Source: Anaeromyxobacteraceae bacterium
GTDB taxonomy: Bacteria > Myxococcota > Myxococcia > Myxococcales > Anaeromyxobacteraceae
Assembly: GCA_047602405.1 (NCBI GenBank)
Contig: JASGHJ010000002.1
Coordinates: 704,001 to 768,000, forward strand
Length of the DNA: 64,000 nt
Direction: 5' to 3'
Positions within the stretch are counted from its first letter, which is position 1. The number at the start of each line of letters is the position of its first letter. Below are positions 1 through 11,503 of the stretch, one piece after another. Position numbers and translations under genes: made by a program. Below the pieces are notes generated by a model. It did not search any database. It was not told the origin of the DNA and was given only the letters and a program-made list of their open reading frames with translations.

Positions 1-2
1 AG

Positions 3-200
3 AACTTCGAGAAGGCGAGCCAGCTCGACCCGCGCCACCTGCAGTCGCTGTTCAACCTGGGCGTCGTCTACGCGTACGACCTCAAGCAGACGGACAAGGC
101 GGTCGCGGCCTGGTCGAGGGTGATCCAGCTCGATCCGAACAGCTCGCAGGCCATCCAGGCCCGCGCCGCGCTGCAGGGGCTCCAGGGCGGGCCGAAGTAG
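3..200 (+). CDS. TPR-repeat protein, 3' end only (5' part outside window)
   Basis: Translated by hand: NFEKASQLDPRHLQSLFNLGVVYAYDLKQTDKAVAAWSRVIQLDPNSSQAIQARAAL...*; two TPR-like helix pairs; TAG at 198-200. Confidence 0.75.
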   Translation, partial: NFEKASQLDPRHLQSLFNLGVVYAYDLKQTDKAVAAWSRVIQLDPNSSQAIQARAALQGLQGGPK

Positions 201-277
201 CGACGGCCCACACCGAAGTGGTCGCAGCCCCAACAGGGGCGTCAGGTCCGTCACCCGGGTCTGCCACCGTGATCGGC

Positions 278-796
278 GTGGAGCTCCTCCTCGTCCGCCA
301 CGCGATCGCCGAGGACGCCGAACGGCCGGGGCCGCGCGCGGACGCCGCGCGGGCCCTGACCGCGGCGGGCCGCGCCCGGATGAAGGAGGGCGCGAAGGGG
401 CTGCGCGAGCTCGTCCCCGCCGTCTCGGCGGTGGTGTCGAGCCCCCTCGTCCGGGCGGAGGAGACCGCCCGCATCGTCGCGGCCGCCTGGCGGGTGGAGG
501 TGGAGCTCCTCCCCGCGCTCGCGCCCGGCCGCGACCCGCGCGCGCTCCTGCGCTGGCTCGCCGCGCGCAAGAACGGGGGCGCGCCGCTCGCGCTCGTCGG
601 GCACGAGCCTTCCCTGTCCACGCTCCTCGCGCTGCTCGTGACGGGCAGGCGGACGCCGTTCCTCGAGCTCAGGAAGGGCGGCGCGTGCCTGCTCGAGCTC
701 GAGCACGCCCCTTCTCCGGCGCGGAAGGCGGGCGTGGCGCGGATCGAGTGGGTCCTCACCGCGCGGGCGCTGCGCCTCCTGTCCGAGGCGCGGTGA
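278..796 (+). CDS. sixA: Histidine phosphatase, SixA family
   Basis: LLLVRHAIAE (RH motif), SSPLVRAEETA, LVGHEP; GTG at 278 is in frame with ORF 218..796. Confidence 0.85.
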   Translation: MELLLVRHAIAEDAERPGPRADAARALTAAGRARMKEGAKGLRELVPAVSAVVSSPLVRAEETARIVAAAWRVEVELLPALAPGRDPRALLRWLAARKNGGAPLALVGHEPSLSTLLALLVTGRRTPFLELRKGGACLLELEHAPSPARKAGVARIEWVLTARALRLLSEAR

Positions 797-1756
797 CGTC
801 GGGGCTCCCGGCGCTCGGCCTGCCGGTCGAGGAGGGCGCGCGCCTCCTCGCGCTCGCCCGGGTGGCCGCCGTCGACGCCGCCTCCGCGCGCCTCTCCGGC
901 GACGCCGACCCGGAGGCGCTCCACGACTTCCGGGTGGAGCTGCGCCGGCTGCGCTCGCTCCTGCGCGCCTTCCGTCCGTGGCTGCGGGCCGGGCCGCGGC
1001 GCCGCCACCTGCGGGCGCTCCGGCGCCTCGCCGCCGGGACGGGCGCGTCGCGCGACGCGGAGGTGCAGCTCGCCGTGCTCGCCGGCGAGCGGGCCCGGAT
1101 CCCGCCCGACCGCCGGGCCGGGCTCGACTGGCTCGTCGCGCGGCTCGAGGCCGCGGCCGAGGCCGGCGCCGGCGACACGGCGCGGGCCGTGCGCCGCTGG
1201 CGGAAGCTCTCGCGCCGGCTCCGGCGGCGGCTCTCGACCTACGAGCGGAGGCTCCGCCCGCTCGAGCTCGAGTCCTTCGGCGGCGTCCTCGCCGCGCTCG
1301 TCGAGGGCCAGCTCGAGGCGTTCCTCGCGGCGCTCGCCGCGGTGGAGGGGGCGGGGGACGTCGCCCGCGCCCACCGCGCGCGCCTCGAGGCGAAGCGGCT
1401 GCGTTACCTCGTCGAGCCGCTCCGGGACGCGCCGGGGCTCGGGGCCCGGACGGCGGTGGAGCGGCTGCAGGGCGTGCAGGACGCCCTCGGGGAGCTCCAC
1501 GACGCGCACGTGCTCGAGGCCGCCGTCGAGGCGGCGCGGCGCGGCGCGGCGCGCGCCGGGGAGGGCAGGGCGCCGGCCCTGTCCCCGGTGACGCGGGTGG
1601 TGCGCGCCCGGCGCGACCGGGCCTACGGCGCGCTCCTGCGCTCGGGGGACGCCCTCGAGGCGCTCTCGGGCGAGCTGAAGCGGCTCGCTCGCGCGGCCGC
1701 CTCGCCGGGATCGACCCTCTGGATCGCGCGCCCCGCGGACGGTATACGAGGGCGCG

Positions 1757-1773
<17 letters not shown>
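793..1773 (+). CDS. CHAD domain protein (polyphosphate-binding)
   Basis: EALHDFRVELRRLRS, RDAEV, HRARLEAKRLRY, QDALGELHDAHV; GTGA overlap with the sixA stop. Confidence 0.85.
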
Positions 1774-2643
<870 letters not shown>

Positions 2644-2647
<4 letters not shown>

Positions 2648-3726
2648 GCCCGGCCGCGCCGTCCTCGTGGCGCATGCCGGCGGAGTGGCTCCGCCACGAC
2701 GCGACCTGGCTCGCCTGGCCGCACAACGTCGCCGACTGGCCCGGGCGCTTCGCGCCAATCCCGTGGGTCTACGCGGAGATCGTCCGCAACGTCGCCGCGG
2801 GCGAGCGGGTGCACCTCCTCGTCGACGGGCCCGCGGGCGAGAAGAAGGCGCGGAGCGTGCTCGCCCGCGCCGAGGTGCCGCTCGAGCGCGTCACCTTCCA
2901 TCGCCAGCGCACCGATCGCATCTGGACCCGCGACACGGGGCCGATCTTCGTGACCGGGGACGGCGCCTCCGGCCAGAAGCGCAAGGCGGTCGCCCGCTTC
3001 CGCTTCAACGCCTGGGCGAAGTACCCGAACTGGAAGAACGACGCGAAGAACCCCGAGCGCGCCGCGAAGGCGCTCAAGGTGCCGCTGTTGCCCGTGGAGC
3101 ACGGCGGGCGCGAGGTGGTGCTCGAGGGCGGCGCCATCGACGTGAACGGGCGCGGGACGATCCTCACCACCGAGGAGTGCCTGCTCGACCCCGCGGTGCA
3201 GGTCCGCAACCCGGGCTTCGCGCGCGAGGACTACGAGGCGGTCTTCGCCGCGGCGCTCGGCGCGCCGAACACCCTCTGGCTGGGCAAGGGCATCGCCGGC
3301 GACGACACCCACGGGCACGTCGACGACCTCGCCCGCTTCGTGAACCCGCGCACGATCGTGATCGCGAGCGAGCCGGACGGCCGGGACCCGAACCACCGGC
3401 CGCTCGCCGAGAACCTGGAGCGCCTGCAGGGCGCGCGCCTCGAGGACGGGAGCCGGCCCGAGGTGGTCGAGCTGCCGATGCCGCGGGCGATCGTCTTCGA
3501 CGGCCAGCGCCTGCCGGCGAGCTACGCCAACTTCTACGTCTGCAACGCCGCGACGCTCGTGCCCACGTTCGACGACCCGCGGGACCGCGTGGCGCTCGGT
3601 ATCCTCGCGGAGCTCCTGCCGGATCGCCCGGTGGTGGGCATCCACGCGCTCGACCTCGTCTGGGGCCTGGGGACGCTCCACTGCCTGTCCCAGCAGGAGC
3701 CTGCGGCCGGCGACGGGGCCCGTTAG
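2644..3726 (+). CDS. aguA: Agmatine deiminase (peptidylarginine deiminase-like family)
   Basis: RMPAEW, WTRDTGP, LEGGAIDVNG, DDTHGHVDD, SYANF, GTLHCLSQQ. Start is TTG 2644 (overlapping aguB stop) or ATG 2674. Confidence 0.85.
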
Positions 3727-3735
3727 CAACAGGGC

Positions 3736-4212
3736 ATGCTCAAGCCCGGCGACGCCGCCCCCCCCTTCAGCGCCACGGATCACCTCGGCAACCCGGTGTC
3801 CCTGGCGGACCTGCACGGCAAGACGGTCGTGCTCTGGTTCTACCCCAAGGCCGACACCCCGGGTTGAACGCGTGAGGGTTGCGGGTTCCGCGACCTCAAG
3901 GCGGAGTTCGACCGCAGGAACGCCGTGATCTACGGCGTGAGCTTCGACACCCCGGAGGAGAACCGCGCGTTCGCGGAGAAGTTCTCCTTCAACTTCCCGC
4001 TCCTCTGCGACGAGGACCGCGCGATGGGCCTCGCCTACGGCGCGGCCGACTCCTCGAACGCGGGGAGCGCGAGGCGGGTGGGCGTCGTCATCGGCCCGGA
4101 CGGGCGGATCGTCGAGTGGCTGCCGAAGGTGGACGCCTCGGCCTATCCGCACGAGGTGCTCGCGCGGCTCCCGGCCGCGAACGCGCTGGACGATCGGCGG
4201 CCGCCGGGGTAG
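3736..4212 (+). CDS. bcp: Peroxiredoxin, BCP/PrxQ family, with selenocysteine at in-frame UGA 3865-3867
   Basis: MLKPGDAAPPFSATDHLGNPVSLADLHGKTVVLWFYPKADTPG-[TGA]-TREGCGFRD...GVSFD...FPLLCD; TGA occupies the peroxidatic Cys position of YPKxxTPGCTxExC; hairpin follows. Confidence 0.85.
3874..3897 (+). promoter_or_regulatory. Bacterial SECIS-like hairpin
   Basis: GAGGGTTGCGG-GTT-CCGCGACCTC folds into a 10-bp stem with one bulged G; its G-first apical loop is about 17 nt after the UGA. Confidence 0.7.
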
Positions 4213-4221
4213 CTCCCTGGC

Positions 4222-5094
4222 ATGACCGGCGCCTCGAAGCGGCTCGCGTTCCTCGGCATGGGCCTCCTCGGCTCGAACTTCGTCCGCGCGCTGCGCGGGC
4301 GAGGCGAGGAGGTCCGGGTCTGGAACCGGTCGCCCGGGAAGGCGCGGGCGGTGGCGGCCGAGACCGGCGCCACCGCCTTCGACGACCCCGCCGAGGCGGT
4401 GCGCGGCGCCGCCCGCGTCCACCTCGCCTTGACCGACGACGCCGCCGTCGACGCGACGCTCGAGGCGGTGCGGGCGGGCCTCGCCCCGAACGTCGCGATC
4501 GTGGACCACACCACGACCTCGCGCGAGGGCGCCATCGCCCGCACCGCGCGCTGCACCGCGCTCGGCTTCGCGTTCCAGCACGCGCCGGTCTTCATGGGCC
4601 CGGGCAACGCGCGCGAGGCGACCGGCATCATGCTGGCGTCCGGCTCCCGGGCGCTCTTCGACCGGCTCGAGCCCGAGCTCGCGAGGATGACCGGGAAGCT
4701 CGTCCACGTCGGCGACGCCCCCGGCCTCGCCGCCGCGTACAAGCTCCTCGGCAACCAGTTCCTCGTCGCGATGACCGCCGGGCTCGCCGACACCTTCGCG
4801 CTCGCGAAGGGGATGGGGCTCTCGACCGCGGACGTGGAGGGGCTGTTCGGCTTCTTCAACCCCGCCTCGTCGCTCGGGCCGCGCATGAAGCGGCTCCTCG
4901 CCGCCGACTACGGCAACCCGAGCTGGGGCCTCGCGATGGCGAGGAAGGACACCCGCCTCATGATCGAGGCCGCGCGCGCCGGCGGGGTGGAGCTCGCGGT
5001 GATGAACGCCATCGCCGCCGAGATGGACCGCTGGATCGCGAAGGGCCACGCCGCCGACGACTGGACGGTCATCGCGAAGGATGCGGTGAGGTAG
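4222..5094 (+). CDS. NAD(P)-dependent oxidoreductase, 3-hydroxyisobutyrate dehydrogenase/tartronate semialdehyde reductase family
   Basis: FLGMGLLG Rossmann motif, VWNRS, DHTTTS, HAPVFMG, KLLGN, KD. Confidence 0.85.
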   Translation: MTGASKRLAFLGMGLLGSNFVRALRGRGEEVRVWNRSPGKARAVAAETGATAFDDPAEAVRGAARVHLALTDDAAVDATLEAVRAGLAPNVAIVDHTTTSREGAIARTARCTALGFAFQHAPVFMGPGNAREATGIMLASGSRALFDRLEPELARMTGKLVHVGDAPGLAAAYKLLGNQFLVAMTAGLADTFALAKGMGLSTADVEGLFGFFNPASSLGPRMKRLLAADYGNPSWGLAMARKDTRLMIEAARAGGVELAVMNAIAAEMDRWIAKGHAADDWTVIAKDAVR

Positions 5095-5210
5095 GGGAGG
5101 CGACGGAGGTGCCGCGCGAAGGTCGGGTCGCGTCTCGGAGCCTTTCTCCGGAGAAGGTCGTGGGGCGACCGGGTTTCAGTGGCAGGTTCTCGCTCCCCGG
5201 CGGCGAGAAG

Positions 5211-5291
5211 TGCTATCAAATGTGATAATCCGCTCCCGGCTGGGCAGGGACGCCCCGGACGGGGCAGGCCGATGCTATCAAATGTGATAGC
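5211..5291. promoter_or_regulatory. Two copies of a palindromic operator, TGCTATCA-AATG-TGATA (5211-5227 and 5273-5289)
   Basis: Exact 17-bp direct repeat, AT-rich in a GC-rich background; the second copy extends to GCTATCA-N4-TGATAGC just upstream of the XRE gene. Confidence 0.75.
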
Positions 5292-5303
5292 GTTTCCCCG
5301 CGC

Positions 5304-5798
5304 GTGAGAAGGACCCCGAAGACCCCGCCTCCCGACGAGTTCTGGCGCGACCGGCGCGGGCTCGACCTCGTCCACGCGGCGCTGCGCCCGGGCGGCAAGG
5401 TGCTGGAGGTCCGGTTCCGGTGGGGGCAGCGGTACGAGGTCGAGATCGAGAACCTCGGCTTCGACAGGCCCCCGCTGCTCGCCACCGTGGGCGACGACCC
5501 GCGCGTCGTGGTGCTGGGCCTGCGGGACGGGTCCATGACCGACGTCCCCGCGACCGCCATCCTCGCGCTCGCCGAGCCCGCCTTCACCGCGAAGGTGACG
5601 GCGAAGGCGGACACCGTCGGCGCCAAGGTCCGTGCGCTGCGGCTCGCCGCGGGGCGGACGGCCTCGGAGGTCGCGGCAGCGTCAGGGATGGCGCGCTCGA
5701 ACTACGCCCGCCTCGAGATGGGCCGCTACGAGCCCCGCCTCGCCACGCTCCGCCGCGTGGCGGAGGCGCTCGGTCAGCCGCTCGAGGCGCTGCTCTGA
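5304..5798 (+). CDS. XRE-family HTH regulator with an extra N-terminal beta-rich domain
   Basis: C-terminus VGAKVRALRLAAGRTASEVAAASGMARSNYARLEMGRYEPRLATLRRVAEALG is a classic HTH_3 domain. Confidence 0.8.
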   Translation: MRRTPKTPPPDEFWRDRRGLDLVHAALRPGGKVLEVRFRWGQRYEVEIENLGFDRPPLLATVGDDPRVVVLGLRDGSMTDVPATAILALAEPAFTAKVTAKADTVGAKVRALRLAAGRTASEVAAASGMARSNYARLEMGRYEPRLATLRRVAEALGQPLEALL

Positions 5799-5828
5799 GG
5801 CTGCGCGCGCCTGAGGCTGGCGGCGAGC

Positions 5829-6860
5829 TCAGCCCGCCCAGTCCAGCACGACCTTGCCGGACTGCCCGCTCCGCATGACGTCGAAGCCCTTCTGGAAGTC
5901 GGCGATGGGGTAGCGGTGCGTGATCACGGGCGAGAGGTCGAGCCCGGACTGCAGCATCGCGACCATCTTGTACCAGGTCTCGAACATCTCCCGGCCGTAG
6001 ATGCCCTTCAGGAAGAGCCCCTTGAAGACGACCTGGCTCCAGTCGATCGCCTCCTGCCCGGGCATGATCCCGAGGAGCGCGATGCGCCCGCCGTGGTTCA
6101 TCACCTCCAGCATCTGCCGGAAGGCGCGGCCGTTGCCGCTCATCTCGAGGCCGACGTCGAACCCCTCCTTCATGCCGAGCTCGGCCATGACCCCGCGCAG
6201 GTCCTCCTTCGCGACGTTCACGGTGCGGGTCGCGCCCATCTCCTTGCCGAGCTTGAGCCGGTAGTCGTTCACGTCGGTGAGCACGACCTGCCGCGCGCCG
6301 ACGTGGCGGGCGATGGCGCAGGCCATCACGCCGATGGGGCCGGCGCCGGTCACGAGCACGTCCTCGCCCACGAGGTCGAAGGAGAGCGCGGTGTGGGTCG
6401 CGTTGCCGTACGGGTCGAAGATCGAGGCGACCTCGTCCGGGATGTCGTCGGGGATCTTGTAGACGTTGACCGCCGGGATGGAGAGGTACTCGGCGAAGGA
6501 GCCGGGGCGGTTCACGCCCACGCCCTTCGTGTTCCGGCAGAGGTGGCGGCGCCCCGCCCGGCAGTTGCGGCAGAAGCCGCAGGTGAGGTGGCCCTCGCCG
6601 CTCACCCGGTCGCCGGGCTCGAAGGCGTCGACCTCGGCGCCCACCCGCTCCACGATCCCGAAGTACTCGTGGCCGACGATCATCGGCACCGGGATGGTGC
6701 GCTGGCTCCACTCGTCCCAGTTGTAGATGTGGACGTCGGTGCCGCAGATGGCGCTCTTGTGGATCTTGATGAGGACGTCGTGGACGCCGATCTCGGGGAC
6801 CGGCGCGTCCTCGATCATCCAGATGCCCGGCTCCTGCCTCGACTTGATGAGCGCTCTCAC
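5829..6860 (-). CDS. tdh: L-threonine 3-dehydrogenase
   Basis: [50 protein letters not shown] start with an AGGAG RBS. Confidence 0.95.
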   Translation of the reverse strand: MRALIKSRQEPGIWMIEDAPVPEIGVHDVLIKIHKSAICGTDVHIYNWDEWSQRTIPVPMIVGHEYFGIVERVGAEVDAFEPGDRVSGEGHLTCGFCRNCRAGRRHLCRNTKGVGVNRPGSFAEYLSIPAVNVYKIPDDIPDEVASIFDPYGNATHTALSFDLVGEDVLVTGAGPIGVMACAIARHVGARQVVLTDVNDYRLKLGKEMGATRTVNVAKEDLRGVMAELGMKEGFDVGLEMSGNGRAFRQMLEVMNHGGRIALLGIMPGQEAIDWSQVVFKGLFLKGIYGREMFETWYKMVAMLQSGLDLSPVITHRYPIADFQKGFDVMRSGQSGKVVLDWAG

Positions 6861-6871
6861 GTTGGAATCTC

Positions 6872-8065
6872 CTAGCGAACCACGCCGAGGGCCTTGCCGA
6901 CCTTCGTGAACGCCGCGACCGCCTGCTCGAGGTCGGCCCGCTCGTGGGCCGCGCTCATCTGCGTGCGGATGCGGGCCTGACCCTTCGGCACCACCGGGAA
7001 GAAGAAGCCGATGGCGTAGACGCCGTCCTCGAGGAGCCGCCGCGCGAACTCCTGCGCGAGCGGCGCCTCGCGGAGCATCACCGGGATGATCGGGTGCTCG
7101 CCGGGGAGGAGCTCGAAGCCGGCCCGGGTCATCTCGGCCCGGAAGAACGTCGCGTTGGCGCGGAGCTTCGCGCGCAGGTCGTCGGCCTGCTCGACGAGGT
7201 CGAGGACCCCGAGCGACACCGCCGCGATGACCGGGGCGAGGGTGTTCGAGAAGAGGTACGGCCGCGCCTTCTGGCGGAGCCACTCGACCATGGGCCCGGA
7301 GCCCGCGACGTAGCCGCCCGACGCGCCGCCGAGGGCCTTCCCGAGCGTGCCGGTGACGAGGTCGACCCGGCCCATCACCCGGTGGTGCTCGTGGGTGCCG
7401 CGCCCCTTCTCGCCGATGAAGCCGACCGCGTGCGAGTCGTCGACCATCACCATCGCCCGGTGCTTCTCGGCGACGTCGCAGATCTGCGGCAGCTTCGCGA
7501 GGTAGCCGTCCATCGAGAAGACGCCGTCGGTCACCACGAGGACGTTCCGGGCGCCCTGCGCGCGGGCGGCCGTGAGCTGGGCGTCGAGGTCCGCGACGTC
7601 GCCGTTCGCGTAGCGGAGCCGCTTCGCCTTGCAGAGCCGGATGCCGTCGATGATCGAGGCGTGGTTGAGCGCGTCGGAGACGATCGCGTCCTCCTCTCCG
7701 AGGAGCGCCTCGAAGACGCCGCCGTTCGCGTCGAAGCACGACGAGAACAGGATCGCATCCTCGAACCCGAGGAAGGCGGCGAGCCGCCGCTCGAGCTCCT
7801 TGTGGATCTCCTGCGTGCCGCAGATGAAGCGGACCGAGGAGAGGCCGAAGCCCCAGCGCGGCAGCGCCTCCTGGGCCGCCTCGACGAGCTCGGGCCGGCC
7901 GGAGAGGCCGAGGTAGTTGTTGGCGCAGAGGTTCACGACCCGCCGGCCGTCCGCCTGGACCCAGGCGCCCTGCGGGGTGGTGATGACGCGCTCCTTCTTG
8001 AGGAGCCCGTCGGCCTCGAGCTGCGCGAGCTGCTGCTTCAGGTGCTCGTCGAAGGCGGCGTGCAT
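6872..8065 (-). CDS. kbl: Glycine C-acetyltransferase (2-amino-3-ketobutyrate CoA ligase)
   Basis: [41 protein letters not shown] (PLP lysine), [11 protein letters not shown]. Confidence 0.95.
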   Translation of the reverse strand: MHAAFDEHLKQQLAQLEADGLLKKERVITTPQGAWVQADGRRVVNLCANNYLGLSGRPELVEAAQEALPRWGFGLSSVRFICGTQEIHKELERRLAAFLGFEDAILFSSCFDANGGVFEALLGEEDAIVSDALNHASIIDGIRLCKAKRLRYANGDVADLDAQLTAARAQGARNVLVVTDGVFSMDGYLAKLPQICDVAEKHRAMVMVDDSHAVGFIGEKGRGTHEHHRVMGRVDLVTGTLGKALGGASGGYVAGSGPMVEWLRQKARPYLFSNTLAPVIAAVSLGVLDLVEQADDLRAKLRANATFFRAEMTRAGFELLPGEHPIIPVMLREAPLAQEFARRLLEDGVYAIGFFFPVVPKGQARIRTQMSAAHERADLEQAVAAFTKVGKALGVVR

Positions 8066-8145
8066 GGGGGCACGGTTTAACCCGAATCCCGGCTCCTGGC
8101 GACGGTGGCGCGGCCCGCCCTCCTCGGGGTATGGACAGGTCCCCC

Positions 8146-9741
8146 ATGACGAAGAAGCCCGACCCGCCGCCCGGCAAGGTCTCGATCGGCAACGACGAGA
8201 TCGCGACCGCCCTCGAGGTGCTCGAGCGGGTGGCCTCCGACCGTGGCCTGCTCGCGTCGGTGGACCGGGAGACCCGCGAGCGCCTGCAGAAGCTCGCCGG
8301 CTCGGTCGGCCGGCCGGACGTGATCCAGCGCCGCCGGCTCAGGAAGGCCCTCGGCAAGGCCGAGCGCGACGCCCGGCGCGAGGCGAACCGCGGGCTGCGC
8401 CGCGGCACCGGCATCCGCAAGCTCCGCGAGGACCCCGTCTTCCGCACGCCGCTGCCGCCCGCGCCGGTCGACGAGGCGGCGTCGGCCGAGGCGGAGGGCC
8501 CCGAGCTCACCGACCCGCACCGCTGCTACGTCTGCAAGGCCCGCTACACGCGGCTCCACCCGTTCTACGACCAGCTCTGCCCGGCCTGCGGCGACGCGAA
8601 CTTCGCCCGCCGCAACGCCGCCGTCGACCTCCGCGGGCGCGTCGCGCTCGTCACCGGCGCCCGCGTGAAGATCGGCTACCAGGCCGCGATCATGCTGCTC
8701 CGCGCCGGCTGCACGGTGGTCGCCTGCACGCGCTTCCCGCGCGACGCGGCCGCCCGCTACGCGCGCGAGCCGGACTTCGCCGCCTGGAAGGACCGCCTGC
8801 AGGTGTGGGGCATCGACCTGCGCCACACGCCGTCGGTCGAGCTCCTCTGCCACCGGCTCGACGCCGCGCTGCCCCGGCTCGACTTCCAGGTCCACAACGC
8901 CTGCCAGACCGTGCGCCGCCCGCCCGGCTTCTACGCCCACCTCGTCGAGCGCGAGCTCGGGCCGTGGAGCGGCGTGCCCGGGATGGAGCGGCCGCTGCTC
9001 GAGCGCTACGAGGAGGCGCGCAGCCACGCCTCCGAAGGCGCGCACGGGCTCGCGCGGCCGGCCGCGCTCACCCAGGCCGCCACCGCGGCGGACGCCGTGG
9101 GGGCGGGGACCGCCGACGTGGGCACGGTGCCCGCCGCGCTCCTCCCCGAGGCGGTCCGCCCCGCGGTCGAGCTCTTCCCGCGCGGCGTGCTCGACCAGGA
9201 CCTGCAGCAGGTGGACCTGCGCACCCACAACTCCTGGCGGCTGCGCCTGCACGAGGTGCCGACCCTCGAGCTCCTCGAGGTCATGCTCGTGAACGCCACC
9301 GCGCCGTTCGTGATGGCCGCGCGGCTGAAGCCGCTCATGCTCCGCGTGCCCGGCGCGCCCGCGGGGACCGGGACCTCGCACGACCCCGCCCGCCACGTCG
9401 TGATGGTCTCGGCGATGGAGGGGCAGTTCTACCGGGGCAAGAAGACCGACAAGCACCCGCACACCAACATGGCGAAGGCCGCGCTCAACATGGTGGTGCG
9501 GACGAGCGCGCCCGACTACGCGCGCGACGGCATCTTCCTCAACGCGGTCGACACCGGCTGGGTGACCGACGAGGACCCGGCCCACCTCGCCGAGCGCAAG
9601 GCCGAGGAGCACGGCTTCTCGCCGCCGCTCGACATCGTGGACGGCGCCGCGCGGATCCTCGCCCCCATCTTCGAGGGGTTCACCACGGGGAAGCACCCCT
9701 CGGGCGTCTTCTTCAAGGACTACGCGCCGGCCCCCTGGTAG
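8146..9741 (+). CDS. Extended SDR-family oxidoreductase with N-terminal CxxC...CxxC motif
   Basis: CYVCK...[39 protein letters not shown]; alternative start 8131. Confidence 0.75.
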   Translation: MTKKPDPPPGKVSIGNDEIATALEVLERVASDRGLLASVDRETRERLQKLAGSVGRPDVIQRRRLRKALGKAERDARREANRGLRRGTGIRKLREDPVFRTPLPPAPVDEAASAEAEGPELTDPHRCYVCKARYTRLHPFYDQLCPACGDANFARRNAAVDLRGRVALVTGARVKIGYQAAIMLLRAGCTVVACTRFPRDAAARYAREPDFAAWKDRLQVWGIDLRHTPSVELLCHRLDAALPRLDFQVHNACQTVRRPPGFYAHLVERELGPWSGVPGMERPLLERYEEARSHASEGAHGLARPAALTQAATAADAVGAGTADVGTVPAALLPEAVRPAVELFPRGVLDQDLQQVDLRTHNSWRLRLHEVPTLELLEVMLVNATAPFVMAARLKPLMLRVPGAPAGTGTSHDPARHVVMVSAMEGQFYRGKKTDKHPHTNMAKAALNMVVRTSAPDYARDGIFLNAVDTGWVTDEDPAHLAERKAEEHGFSPPLDIVDGAARILAPIFEGFTTGKHPSGVFFKDYAPAPW

Positions 9742-9753
9742 TACACTCCGACC

Positions 9754-10917
9754 GTGCCGGGCCCCCACCACGTGCTGCTGATCCCGGGCTTCTTCGGGTT
9801 CGCGAACCTCAACGACTTCGCGTACTTCGGGCACGTCCGGGACTACCTCGTCGAGATCGGGCCCGGGCACGGCCTCGACGGCGAGATCCGCGTGGTCGAG
9901 ACCCCGCCGACCGCCTCGCTGCGCAAGCGCGCGGCGCGCCTCGCGGAGGCGATCGCGAGGCTCCTCGACGAGAGCCCGCCGAACGCGCGGGTGAGCCTCG
10001 TCGGCCACTCGTCGGGCGGCCTCGACGCGCGGCTCGTCGTCTCGCCGGAGGTGAGCCTCCCGACGTCCGCCGACGTGCGGCGCGCGGCCGCGGCCGTCCC
10101 GGCGGTGGTCTGCGTCTCGACGCCGCACCTCGGCACGCCGCTCGCGCACCTCTTCAACACGCTGCTCGGGCAGCAGCTCCTGCGCGTGCTCTCGGTCGCG
10201 ACGATCTACTCGCTGCGCGCGGGGCGCCTGCCGCTCAAGGTGGTGCTCCGGCTCGCGCGCCTGTTCCAGAAGGCGGACGCGCCGGCCGACGGGATGATCG
10301 AGTCGCTCGCCCGCGACCTCCTCGCCGACTTCTCGAAGCCGCGGCGGCTCGCGATCGAGGAGTTCCTCGAGAACCTCGGCAAGGACCAGGACCTCCTCGG
10401 CCAGATCACGCCGGGCGGGATGGACCTCTTCAACGCCGCCACCGGCGACCGGCCCGGCGTGCGCTACGGCTGCGTCGTGACCCGGGCGCGGGCGCCCGGG
10501 CTGCGCTCCGTCATCGCGGCGGGGCTCGACCCCTACGCGCAGGCCACCCACGCGCTCTTCGTCGCCCTCTACCGGCTGGGCGCCCGCACCCCGCAGGAGC
10601 GGACGCCGCGCCTCGACCGCCAGCAGCTCATCGAGCTCCGCCGCGCGTACGGCCACCGCCCCGACGTCTCGGCGAACGACGGGATGGTCCCGACGCTCTC
10701 GCAGGTGCGCGGCACCGTCGTGCACGCCGTCTGGGCCGACCACCACGACGTGATCGGCCACTTCCACCAGCCGCGCCACGTGCCGCCTCACCTGGACTGG
10801 CTCACGAGCGGGAGCGGCTTCGACCGGGCCGGGTTCGAGGCCACCTGGCAGCGGGTCGTGGCCTGGCTCGCCGCCGCCCCTCCGCGGCAGGAGGCGAGCG
10901 GCGTGGGGCTCGCCTGA
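9754..10917 (+). CDS. Alpha/beta hydrolase, triacylglycerol-lipase-like
   Basis: LIPGFFG oxyanion region, GHSSGG nucleophile elbow, STPHLGTPLA, NDGMVP, DHHDVIG. Confidence 0.8.
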   Translation: MPGPHHVLLIPGFFGFANLNDFAYFGHVRDYLVEIGPGHGLDGEIRVVETPPTASLRKRAARLAEAIARLLDESPPNARVSLVGHSSGGLDARLVVSPEVSLPTSADVRRAAAAVPAVVCVSTPHLGTPLAHLFNTLLGQQLLRVLSVATIYSLRAGRLPLKVVLRLARLFQKADAPADGMIESLARDLLADFSKPRRLAIEEFLENLGKDQDLLGQITPGGMDLFNAATGDRPGVRYGCVVTRARAPGLRSVIAAGLDPYAQATHALFVALYRLGARTPQERTPRLDRQQLIELRRAYGHRPDVSANDGMVPTLSQVRGTVVHAVWADHHDVIGHFHQPRHVPPHLDWLTSGSGFDRAGFEATWQRVVAWLAAAPPRQEASGVGLA

Positions 10918-11011
10918 AACTGCGGGTGTAGACCGCCCGGGATCCGGCCGCGCGCGAGAGGGTGACCCCGGTCGGGGTCGGGGTTGAACCGACCACCCCT
11001 CATCGCGATAC

Positions 11012-11503
11012 ATGGAGCCATCCGTGACCGAGCACCTCTCCCCCGAGCTCAGGGCGTTCGCCGAGTCCGGCGTGTCGATCCACGTCGGCACGGCCGACGC
11101 GCGGCTCGTCCCCGAGGCGGCGCGGGTGATGGGCTGCCGGGTGGAGCCGGGCGGGGACGAGGTGACGCTGTTCGTCCCCCGGGCGGCGGCGGGCCGCACG
11201 CTCGACAACCTCGCGCTGAACGGCCGGGTGGCCGCGGTGTTCGCGCGGCCGCTCGACGATCTCTCGTTCCAGCTGAAGGGCGCGGTCCTCGAGGTGCGGG
11301 ACGCGACCGAGGCCGACCGGCCCATCATCGAGCGCTACCGGCCGCTCCTCTCGGAGATGTTCCAGTTCGTCGGCATCCCGTCGCGCATCACCTTCGCGAT
11401 CGCGGTCTGGCCGGCCGTCGCCGTCCGGTTCCGCGTGGAGAGCATCTTCGTGCAGACGCCGGGGCCGAAGGCGGGCGCGCCGCTCGTGGAGGGCCGCGGG
11501 TGA
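11012..11503 (+). CDS. Pyridoxamine 5'-phosphate oxidase-like FMN-binding protein
   Basis: IHVGTAD, TLDNLALNGRVAAVF, FQLKG, IFVQTPGPKAG split-barrel pattern. Confidence 0.7.
   Translation: MEPSVTEHLSPELRAFAESGVSIHVGTADARLVPEAARVMGCRVEPGGDEVTLFVPRAAAGRTLDNLALNGRVAAVFARPLDDLSFQLKGAVLEVRDATEADRPIIERYRPLLSEMFQFVGIPSRITFAIAVWPAVAVRFRVESIFVQTPGPKAGAPLVEGRG

Noticed and set aside
3865..3867. Reading the peroxiredoxin TGA as a nonsense mutation or pseudogene
   Set aside because: It falls exactly on the catalytic Cys codon and is followed by a SECIS-like hairpin; the other lesions in the window are insertions, not stops.
5100..5210. Cluster of hairpins (TTCTCCGGAGAA; GGTCG-N5-CGACC; TTCTCGC-N9-GCGAGAA) with GCCACTG on the minus strand, resembling a cobalamin riboswitch or sRNA
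   Set aside because: The other conserved riboswitch elements are missing or out of order, and short hairpins are expected by chance at this GC content. An Rfam scan would settle it.
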